Shown here: one piece after another, positions 1-8,112 of the stretch
How positions within the stretch are numbered: the stretch's first letter is position 1
Layout of the letters: each line of letters begins with the position of its first letter
Notes under the pieces: model-generated
Database searches by the model: none
What the model was told of the DNA's origin: nothing
The model's input: the letters and a program-made list of their open reading frames with translations, nothing else
Translations under genes and position numbers: made by a program
Source of the DNA: a virus
Taxonomy: Duplodnaviria; Heunggongvirae; Uroviricota; Caudoviricetes
Virus record (IMG/VR): IMGVR_UViG_3300002641_000714
DNA length: 20,800 nucleotides
Strand: one strand, 5' to 3'

Positions 1-38
1 CTAATGCAACTTGGCCTACCGGAGCTAGCGGAATACCA
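1..38 (+). repeat. 38-nt exact direct repeat, copy 1 (copy 2 at 1159-1196)
   Basis: CTAATGCAACTTGGCCTACCGGAGCTAGCGGAATACCA occurs at 1-38 and 1159-1196, in the same reading frame. Confidence 0.95.
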
Positions 39-1226
39 ACAAATTGGACTACTATTTCAACAGCAAATATTATTCAATATAATCCAACTATGTCATTTAC
101 CTCATTAGGATATGTTACATTTACTGCATATGAAAATGATGTATGGTTCGGTTTAATTAATAAATCTACAGATTAGACATTATATTTAAGTAAAGATGGT
201 TTAAACTGGATGACAATACAAGCTCAATAGTTTATTATACTAAATAAAAATGAATCTATTTATGTTTGTGGTATATTAAGTAATAACTAGTCATCAAGTA
301 ATTATACACAATTTGGTATATTTGGCAAAACTAGTGCATCAGGAAATTGTAATACATTATGGAATTATAATGATTTAAATGCAAGTTTAAAACAATATTG
401 TGGATATAAGTTGTTTTATAATTGTTCTAGTTTGACTAGTGCGCCTGAATTACCAGCAACTACATTAACTACTTAGTGTTACTTATAGATGTTTTATAAT
501 TGTTCTAGTTTGACTAGTGCGCCAGCATTGCCAGCAACTACTTTAGCTAGTAGTTGTTACTATGGTATGTTCTGGGGTTGTTCTAGTTTGACTAGTGCAC
601 CTGAATTACCAGCAACTACAATAGCTGAAGGTTGTTACTCTAGTATGTTTTCTAGGTGTTCTAGTTTAACTAGTGCGCCTGAATTACCTGCAACTACTTT
701 AGCTAATAGTTGTTACTATAGTATGTTCTAGAATTGTTCTGGTTTAACTAGTGCGCCTGAATTACCTGCAACTACATTAGCTAGTAGTTGTTACTTATAG
801 ATGTTCTAGAATTGTTCTGGTTTAACTAGTGCGCCTGAATTACCTGCAACTACATTAGCTAGTAGTTGTTACTTATAGATGTTCTAGAATTGTTCTGGTT
901 TAACTAGTGCGCCTGAATTACCTGCAACCAGTTTAGCCATATATTGTTACAACAGTATGTTCCTTGGTTGTTCTAGTTTAACTAGTGCGCCTGAATTACC
1001 TGCAACTACATTAGCTAGTAGTTGTTACTCATAGATGTTCTATGGTTGTTCTAAACTTAGTTATATTAAATGTTTAGCTACTACAGGAATTAATCAAAAT
1101 AATTCAACTGCGAAGTGGGTTTCTGGTGTTGCTTCAACTGGAACATTTGTTAAAGACTCTAATGCAACTTGGCCTACCGGAGCTAGCGGAATACCAGCTA
1201 ACTGGACAGTTCAACCAGCCGCATAA
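1..1226 (+). CDS. BspA-like leucine-rich-repeat surface/virion protein, 5' partial, TAG read as Gln (about 407 aa in window)
   Basis: Frame 3 is open from 3 to TAA at 1224-1226 except for 11 in-frame TAGs (174, 228, 288, 474, 486, 729, 798, 807, 876, 885, 1032). It contains 26-aa repeats CSSLTSAPELPATTLAxxCYxxMFxx. A capping segment (NATWPTGASGIP) occurs at both ends. It joins track ORFs 489-731 and 1035-1226. Confidence 0.88.
423..1058 (+). repeat. 78-bp coding tandem repeat, 8 full units plus a partial ninth
   Basis: Units start at TGTTCT at 423, 501, 579, 657, 735, 813, 891, 969 and 1047. Units 735-812 and 813-890 are identical. Confidence 0.95.
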
Positions 1227-1232
1227 TATAAA

Positions 1233-1272
1233 AATTAAAAGAAGTTTCATTTATATGAGACTTCTTTTAATT
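1233..1272. terminator. Bidirectional terminator-like hairpin between convergent genes
   Basis: AATTAAAAGAAGTTTCAT-ttat-ATGAGACTTCTTTTAATT forms an 18-bp stem with one G-T pair. It overlaps the 3' end of the minus-strand gene. Confidence 0.75.
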
Positions 1273-2756
1273 CCTTCTTGAATACTTATATAATCCATTT
1301 TAATTAAAGGAATACTTTTATTTACTTCCTGCAGCAAATTATCTTTATTTCTTATTTCTGGAATGCATCTATATTTAATATTCTCATTATATTTGCATGC
1401 TTCTTTAGAAAACTCTTCAGTTGTCCATGTTTCTAAATTAACACAATTATATATTCCTCCTTTTAAATTATATCCAAACAACAATCCATTTACTGCATCA
1501 TCTATATATGTAAATGAACTTTTGTTTTGTCCATTATTATACAAAATAGTTTCTTTATCATTTAATAAATGCCATAATAATGTTCCTTCTCTAGGATTTT
1601 TTCCATATACATTATGCAATCTGATGCCTACTGCATCAGGATAATATAATTTTGCATACTCTTCATCAAATTTTTTGCTTAGACCATATAATGAAGTCGT
1701 GTTTGAATCATTTGCAGTGCTTGATGATGCATATACTAATTTTGTTCCATATTTAGAACATAAATCAACAATCTTAACAAAATCTGCAATATTATCTGAC
1801 ACTATTTGCTGATTATCTTCATTAAATACGCTTGTTTGTGCAGCTAAATGATATACACAATCAATTTCTTTCATTGCAAATAAAAATTCAACATATTTTA
1901 CTTCTAATCCTCGTTTTCTGTCAACTTCATAAACAACATTGTTTTGGTCATATTTAAGTTTATTTACTAATTCTTTTCCAATAAATCCATCGCTTCCAGT
2001 TACAATAATATGCTTTTTTGGAATTTTATTAGGAATCATTTTAATAGTTCCATTATTATAAATGTTACAATCTAAAACACCCATTGACTGGAATATTTTA
2101 CAGTCATGATCAATTCCTACAAATCTTTGTTTTGGATCTTTTGAATACTTTGCAAATGCATGACGCAATATAAATTGTTCAGAATTTAACGGATTTGCAA
2201 TATCAATATACTCTAAAGCTTCTTTATAAAACTTAATTAAAGCTTCTCTTTTTCCAATACAACATCCGGCATTAAAATATCGATATACTCCTTTTTGTGT
2301 TCTATTAGGAATAATGTCAATTAATACATCCGGATAGTTGTTACAAGATGGGTTAAACAATATGTCGTAATTAAATCCTTTAAACTTATCTAAAATATCA
2401 TCTAGATGGGTCAATAAAACATCATACCCATCTAAAAATAATATATATGGATGTTTAATCTTTTCTAATAAATTTAAGAAAAATTTAATTTTATTTGGCA
2501 TATACCACTCTTGTGTAGTATCATAATTGTCTGGAACACAATTATATATTGATATATTATTTTTTAAGCATTGTTGCAATAAGCAGCAACTCTGCACATC
2601 GGTCCATGTAGAAATTATTGCAAGCTGATCAAAATCTGCTGGTGTAATTTGTGCATTCTCAAAAATATATTCAAATGTTCTCGGAAGTTGAGATTTATTC
2701 TGTCCATGAAAATGAAGAACATTTGGATAAAAATTATTAAAATTAGTTATTTTCAT
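1251..2756 (-). CDS. Fusion of a PLOD/LH3-type glycosyltransferase domain and an NAD-dependent epimerase/dehydratase (extended SDR), 501 aa
   Basis: The N-half has ILFLDGYDV, YRYFNAGCCIG, EQ and IDHDCKIFQ, like the PLOD GT domain. The C-half has IIVTGSDGFIG (GxxGxxG), HLAA, YASSS, YGLSK (YxxxK) and RLHNVYG. No TAG; ends in TAA. Confidence 0.85.
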   Translation of the reverse strand: MKITNFNNFYPNVLHFHGQNKSQLPRTFEYIFENAQITPADFDQLAIISTWTDVQSCCLLQQCLKNNISIYNCVPDNYDTTQEWYMPNKIKFFLNLLEKIKHPYILFLDGYDVLLTHLDDILDKFKGFNYDILFNPSCNNYPDVLIDIIPNRTQKGVYRYFNAGCCIGKREALIKFYKEALEYIDIANPLNSEQFILRHAFAKYSKDPKQRFVGIDHDCKIFQSMGVLDCNIYNNGTIKMIPNKIPKKHIIVTGSDGFIGKELVNKLKYDQNNVVYEVDRKRGLEVKYVEFLFAMKEIDCVYHLAAQTSVFNEDNQQIVSDNIADFVKIVDLCSKYGTKLVYASSSTANDSNTTSLYGLSKKFDEEYAKLYYPDAVGIRLHNVYGKNPREGTLLWHLLNDKETILYNNGQNKSSFTYIDDAVNGLLFGYNLKGGIYNCVNLETWTTEEFSKEACKYNENIKYRCIPEIRNKDNLLQEVNKSIPLIKMDYISIQEGIKRSLI

Positions 2757-2878
2757 TATTATTTTTACATAATATTTTAAAATTATATGTTATTTATAAT
2801 TAAAGGTTTTTAATAAATATATTGAAAACAATAATTGATAAAACGAGCAATAATATAAAAAATATTATTGTTTTAATT

Positions 2879-3253
2879 ATGGCAAAGAGAAAGAAAAGAA
2901 AAAACTGGTTATCACGTTTATTTGATATGGATGATTAGACTGTATCAGCTTCAACAGTCTTTTTATTTTTAACATCGTTTATCGCATTATTTCTTTTATT
3001 AGTTCCAGCAATTGCAATGCTGATTGAAGTTTATTTTAATCATACTATTGCATCTGATATTTCAGGAATGGCAGAATATATTGCAGCCGTTTGCGGAATA
3101 TTTGCATCAGGTGGAATTCTAAAAGGCTGGACAAATTATACAAATTATAGATTCAATAAAAAATCTCCAGAGGAAATTGCACATAAATTGGAAAAAGAAA
3201 TAAAAGAAGAGCTTGAAGATGAAAATGATTCAGATAATGAATTGGATGCATAA
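2879..3253 (+). CDS. Holin-like small membrane protein, 124 aa, one TAG read as Gln
   Basis: ATG at 2879 is in frame with track ORF 3017-3253 through TAG at 2936. It has a basic N-terminus (MAKRKKRK), hydrophobic segments (VFLFLTSFIALFLLLVPAIAMLI; YIAAVCGIFASGGIL) and an acidic C-tail. The holin call rests on topology only. Confidence 0.55.
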
Positions 3254-3256
3254 TAA

Positions 3257-3289
3257 AAAGGAACCTAAACTAAGGTTCCTTTAATTTTT
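3257..3289. terminator. Bidirectional intrinsic terminator between the holin-like gene and the tmRNA
   Basis: AAAGGAACCT-aaacta-AGGTTCCTTT is a perfect 10-bp stem with an A-run before and a T-rich run after. Confidence 0.8.
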
Positions 3290-3290
3290 G

Positions 3291-3686
3291 TGGACTCAGT
3301 GGGGATTGAACCCACGTGTTGCATATGTTCCAATCTGCTTTCTACATGTTTAGTTTGATTTGATTTTCGTATATTGCTAAACCTCAAACTGGCCAACAAT
3401 ATCTTAAGCTATTATAGTTTCGAATTTGTTTAATAGCATCACAAATTCTAATATCCAATATTTCTGCACCACTATATCAATTCACCCTTGGATTACGGGA
3501 TTGAGTGATGTATGGAGATTCCGCCTTGCAGAATCTTAAGCTGCCTTACTATACTTCAGATCAAGCTGCCATAGCGTAATTTTCTTCGCCATTTAAATTA
3601 ATTCAAAGAACATTTATTAGACGCATATCTTTATCGCGTCACATGCTTACAAACCAAAATCAATGCAGTCAAAGCCAAATGAGCCC
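3291..3686 (-). ncRNA. ssrA: tmRNA (transfer-messenger RNA), about 396 nt
   Basis: On the minus strand the 5' GGGCTCA pairs with the 3' TGAGTCC, giving a G3-U alanyl determinant and discriminator A. The T-arm is GTGGGTTCAATCCCCAC. The internal tag ORF GGC GAA GAA AAT TAC GCT ATG GCA GCT TGA gives GEENYAMAA. The CCA end is not fully encoded. Confidence 0.93.
3561..3590 (-). other. tmRNA proteolysis-tag reading frame (A)GEENYAMAA-stop
   Basis: Direct translation. It resembles Bacteroidota tags of the GExNYALAA type and ends in TGA. Confidence 0.88.
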
Positions 3687-3690
3687 ATTG

Positions 3691-3704
3691 ATTTTATTAT
3701 TTAT
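3691..3704 (-). promoter_or_regulatory. Putative late-promoter motif upstream of the tmRNA
   Basis: The minus strand reads ATAAATAATAAAAT, ending 4 nt before the mature 5' G. It matches the motif at 6905-6922 and 20601-20618. Confidence 0.45.
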
Positions 3705-3732
3705 TATATTCGAAAATAATAAAAAGTTTCTC

Positions 3733-3749
3733 AAAATAAATATAAAAAT
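3733..3749 (+). promoter_or_regulatory. Putative late-promoter motif AAAATAAATATAAAAAT
   Basis: The identical 17-mer occurs at 3733, 14652 and 17598, each intergenic and 24-39 nt upstream of a + strand start codon. Confidence 0.55.
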
Positions 3750-3772
3750 AATAAAATATATTGATAGAATTT

Positions 3773-5845
3773 ATGGATATCTCAACAAGAACAGTTTTAA
3801 GAAGAACATTAGCAACTACCCATGACCATCTTGAATTAGATCATTTAGTTGATTATGAAGAAAAGTTTGTCGATGTTTCTATAGAATATAAAGCATATAA
3901 TGATTATGATACAACAGAAGTTCCGATTTTTGATCCGGAAAAAGCTGAAGAATTTAATAAAGAAAATTCAGCTAAAATGCGTCATACTCATTTACCATTT
4001 ACTGATTCAACTACAGAATTTAAAGAGAAAATGGAAAATATATTAAAATTTTATATAGATAATAATTTATGGCCGGCTAGTAATTTCTTTAAAGGTCCTA
4101 AAAAAGAGCCGGAACCGGAGCTTCCAACATATGATATTTCTGATAGTATAGATTCTGTTGATGCGGAATATTACGAAGAAAACAATCAAAAATATTATAA
4201 ATTACATATTGGTGAAGGTGATTCATATCCTCAAATTACTTTAGTTACCATTACAGATTCTAAGAATAATATAAATCCTGATAATATTGTTGAAGGAAAA
4301 TGCACTATTGTAGAAGAATCTGGAAGGCCTTCCAAGATTCTTAAATCTGCCGATATTAATCTTGATTATATTAGTAATGACGAATATCATGTATCAGGTT
4401 CTGTTAAAACAGAAGATGCTGAATATATATTTGACACGAATGTTCCATTGGTTGCGCATGAATAGGGCGGTGAACCAATTAATCCTTCTGATATTGAAGT
4501 TTATGAACCTACAGAGGAAGAAGCTAAATTAGCAGATGCTATTGTAGAAGCTTTAAAAAACGGTGAAGTTCCGGAAGGTGAAACCAGATTTGAATTAACT
4601 ACAACAAACACTACATATACACTTAATATAAACAACAGTGAAACATTGACTAATATTGTAATACCTGATATCAATAAAACATTAAAAATTAACGGTAATA
4701 TTAAATCCGGAACAAAAATAAATTATGTCACCGCGGCTAAAAAGACAATCTATTTGAATTCAACAAATGAACAACCTATTGATATTAATATTAATACAAA
4801 TGGTACAGTTTATGCTACCGGTAAGTATGATGATGTTCTTTTAAAAGGCCCGTCATTTACATCAAGCGGTCCTGCTTATGCAGAAATTTGTGGTAATGTA
4901 ATTATCGCGGATGATGTTGAAAAATCCGTATCAGTTCAGGCTAAATTTGTCGGTAATCCTAATACTATTATTTCTAATACAGAACAATCTATTACAGTTA
5001 CCGCTAGAAATGAAAATGCAAATATTGATATTGAATGTCCTAATTCAACAGTTACATTAGGCGGAGGTAATTACAATAATGTAGAAGCAAATGTTTCTGA
5101 AAATACGTTAAAGCTTACAACTTCTACATTTATTAAGAAATTAAAACTTAAACAAGGCAATATTCATATTAATAACGGTAAAAATATCATTAATGAACTT
5201 GTTGAAAATATTGAGTGCGATTATCAATATGCAGTTACATATAATACTGCTACTACTCTTCCATCACAACCTTCAGCATGTGAATACACAATGGAATCTG
5301 ATAGAACCGGTATTTGTGCATGGAGTCCGGCTGCATCAGGAGATACGGTAATCAATTTAAATAATCATAATATTATAGGAAATACTAATAGAACCGCAGC
5401 ATTATATCCTCGTTATAAAGCACATGTTGAAATTAATGCGGGTGACAGTGATGATCCGTCATTGAATGTTATTTCAAATAATCAAGCATATGCAGTATGG
5501 GGTAATGATCAAACTGTTATCACTATTAATGGCGGACATTTTATTGGTAATACTCACGTAATTTATTCATATAAAGGTGAAATTTATATTAATGGCGGTG
5601 AATTTGAATTAACCGGTGAATATGATAAAGATACTAAAGGACATGCTAAATTCTTATTAAATTGCTATGATCAAAACTTTACTGCCGGAACTGCAAAGAT
5701 TATTGTTAAAGGCGGTAAATTCCATAATTTTAATCCGGCAGAAGCATATAGTGAACCAACACAACCATATAACTATGTTGCAGAAGGTTATGAATCTGTT
5801 TGCATTGACGAAGCAAACCAAATTTTTGAAGTTAGAAAATTATAA
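3773..5845 (+). CDS. Large probable virion/surface protein with beta-rich, beta-helix-like C-terminal region, 690 aa, one TAG read as Gln
   Basis: Track ORFs 3761-4465 and 4646-5845 share a frame, and the gap has no stop other than TAG 4463-4465. There is a Pro/Glu linker (PKKEPEPELP) and INGG(H/E)F / VKGGKF strand repeats. ATG 3773 is preferred over TTG 3761. Confidence 0.7.
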
Positions 5846-5855
5846 TTAAAAACTA

Positions 5856-6809
5856 ATGGCGAAATATACAAATAAAAGTAAATTATTGGGCAAGATTGGC
5901 ACTGAAAATTATAGAGTGTCAAATTGCCCAGTACATTTACCTAAAGAAAATATTAAATTCTTTATGGCAATGCAAGATGCCGGAAACAAAGATCCGTTTT
6001 CTTCTGATACATGGGGAAACCAAATTACGCCTGATTGGAAAAAATCTATATATGAATCTATTATGAATAATGTTTCTAAAGAACTTAGAAAAACATTAAA
6101 TGAATCAGAAACATTTGATTTTAATTCAAATAATGCATTAAATGAAGGTTCTTGGGGTTATGAGCCGAATGAAGGAGATAGTGGATTAGATTGCATTGGT
6201 GAAACTAATGATTCTATTTGTGAATTAATTTATGACAAATGTAAAAGAATTTTAAATGGTCGTGGTGATAAATCACAAAAAGCCTGGGATGCAATTGCAG
6301 TTATAGAACATTTCTTTGATAAAATTCCAGATTTGAATACAATTGGCCGTGATAGAAATCCATATTACAAATATTATAGTTGGTGGCAACTTAAACAAGA
6401 TAAAGGAAAAGACATTGTTGATTTGTATCGTCAATGCATTGAAATATGCGAAAATGATCAATGGTATAATGAATGGGATAGTCCAGAAAAAATGGAAGAA
6501 TCTCTCCAAAAACGTCATGAAAATTTAAATAGATATTTAAGATTGAGAAAACGCGCTATTAATGAAGGAGAATGCGGTGGAGAATGCGGCGGTGTCGGAG
6601 GATCATATAATACTCCAATGAATACTGTTGGTATTGGTAATGTAGTTCCAGCACAAGGGGCAGCAATGACAGGTGCTCAATAGGCCTCTGATATGTTTAA
6701 TGGTTCTGGAGATCTTACCATCCCTAAATCTCAGAAGAAATCTAATAAAAAGAAATCTAAAAATTCAGGAATAATTTATTTTCCTTTAGCTACCAAGAAA
6801 GGTATTTAA
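5856..6809 (+). CDS. Hypothetical protein, probable head-associated, 317 aa, one TAG read as Gln
   Basis: Reading through TAG 6681-6683 adds ASDMFNGSGDL...KKGI up to TAA 6807-6809. It contains KKSIYESIM...TLNES, ALNEG and AINEG. Confidence 0.75.
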
Positions 6810-6842
6810 TAAATTAATAATTAAAATAAATTTATTAACCGG

Positions 6843-6864
6843 AATAACTAACATTAGTTATTTT
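6843..6864 (+). terminator. Weak possible terminator hairpin
   Basis: AATAACTA-acat-TAGTTATT followed by TT. The stem is short and AT-rich. Confidence 0.3.
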
Positions 6865-6904
6865 ATGGCAGGTTGAGAAAAAAGTTTTTTGAGTGTTTTT
6901 AATA

Positions 6905-6922
6905 TAAAATAAATAATAAAAT
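6905..6922 (+). promoter_or_regulatory. Putative late-promoter motif variant TAAAATAAATAATAAAAT
   Basis: Identical 18-mer at 6905 and 20601, upstream of ATGs at 6939 and 20654. Confidence 0.5.
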
Positions 6923-6938
6923 TATATTTTTAAACATA

Positions 6939-7289
6939 ATGGAACCAAGAGAAAGAAAAGAAAGAAGTGCATATCCAAATGGTCCAAAAGTCAGTGTAGC
7001 ATCAGTCGATGATGATAGCAATGCAATTGGTCAAGAATTTAATTTGGATAGTGATAATAATGATGAAGATTCTTATTTTGAAGGTGGTGGTTTGCAATTT
7101 GATGATGACGAAGCACCATCTACAGAAGATATCGAAAATGAAAAGAAAGAAGTTGAAAAAATGACAGATGAGGAAATTAAAGTTAAAGCACTTGGTCAGG
7201 CTGTCAATGTAGCAAAGTTAATGTCAAATGTTGGTGTTGACGATGTTATTGAAATCGCTAAGAAACTCGCAAAATTTATTAAAGGATAA
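6939..7289 (+). CDS. Acidic hypothetical protein with a C-terminal 43-aa domain paralogous to 7698-8108, 116 aa
   Basis: Clean ATG-TAA ORF with a D/E-rich tract. C-terminal KMTDEEIK...AKLMS...FIKG. Confidence 0.8.
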   Translation: MEPRERKERSAYPNGPKVSVASVDDDSNAIGQEFNLDSDNNDEDSYFEGGGLQFDDDEAPSTEDIENEKKEVEKMTDEEIKVKALGQAVNVAKLMSNVGVDDVIEIAKKLAKFIKG

Positions 7290-7290
7290 T

Positions 7291-7674
7291 ATGAAAAGTG
7301 ATAACAAAAAAGCTTTATATGAAAGTATTATGACTTCTGTAGCTAAAGAAGTCAAGAAAGCTTTAAATGAAGGTGAAGATAATAATTTTTATGTTGTTAC
7401 ATTCTGGACCGAACCAGAAACTTTAAATATTGAAAATGCTGTATGTGAATTTAGTGGTACATTAGATGAATGTAAAGAAAAAATTAATATACGTCTCAAT
7501 AATTTTAAAAAGCGTGGACTTAAATGTTATGAATTTGATAATAATTTAGGTTTTTATGGAATTTCTTATGGGGTTGGTGATAAATTGCATATAACATTAA
7601 ATAAAATAATGAGTAGCAAGCAGATGAAAAATTTCAATTATTTACGCAATGGAAAAATTAAAAATATCAGATAA
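7291..7674 (+). CDS. Hypothetical protein with N-terminal KKALYESIM...LNEG leader, 127 aa
   Basis: ATG at 7291 lies 1 nt after the upstream TAA, so it is preferred over the track start at 7228. Ends in TAA. Confidence 0.8.
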   Translation: MKSDNKKALYESIMTSVAKEVKKALNEGEDNNFYVVTFWTEPETLNIENAVCEFSGTLDECKEKINIRLNNFKKRGLKCYEFDNNLGFYGISYGVGDKLHITLNKIMSSKQMKNFNYLRNGKIKNIR

Positions 7675-7697
7675 TTAAAATATAATATATTAAAATC

Positions 7698-8108
7698 ATG
7701 AATATTAATTTAAAGAAGTTTATAGAAAAACAAATGCTTCCACAAAAGCCTGTAAATGAAGGTGAAGACCTTAATGAAGATGATGCATTATTGGAAGATA
7801 TTCTTAATGAAGATGATGATGTTAATGAATCTACTGAAGACAAAAAGATGACGGAAGAAGAACTCAAAATCGAGTCTTTGAAAATTGCAACTAATATTGC
7901 AAAGTTGATGTCAGATGTTACTACAGATGATATTATTACTATTGCAGACAAAGTTTCTGGTTTTATTCGTGATCATCAAATTGATTCTGAAGAAACTAAA
8001 TCAGAAGACTCTGATATTGCAACAGATTTAGAATTACCATCTGATGAAGAAAGTTCTGAAGAAAAACCAGAAGAATCATCTGAAGAAAATAAAGAAGAAA
8101 CTAAATAA
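7698..8108 (+). CDS. Acidic hypothetical protein, paralog of 6939-7289, with multiple xNE motifs, 136 aa
   Basis: Clean ORF. It has VNEG, LNED, LNED and VNES, then KMTEEELK...AKLMS...FIRD. Confidence 0.8.
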   Translation: MNINLKKFIEKQMLPQKPVNEGEDLNEDDALLEDILNEDDDVNESTEDKKMTEEELKIESLKIATNIAKLMSDVTTDDIITIADKVSGFIRDHQIDSEETKSEDSDIATDLELPSDEESSEEKPEESSEENKEETK

Positions 8109-8112
8109 TTAA

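Noticed and set aside
423-1058. CRISPR array
   Set aside because: The 78-bp units are contiguous, in-frame coding repeats with no unique spacers, and no cas genes are present.
423-1058. Diversity-generating retroelement target or template
   Set aside because: No reverse transcriptase in the window, differences between units are not adenine-specific, and there is no separate non-coding template copy.
2791-2798. Exact T4 late promoter TATAAATA on the minus strand upstream of the GT-epimerase gene
   Set aside because: An all-A/T 8-mer is expected by chance at this composition (another lies inside a gene at 9803-9810), and it lacks the extended flanks, so it is not called.
3291-3330. Stand-alone tRNA, e.g. 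an amber suppressor
   Set aside because: The T-arm and acceptor strand pair with sequence about 390 nt away and enclose a tag ORF, so this is the tmRNA. I found no suppressor tRNA in the window.
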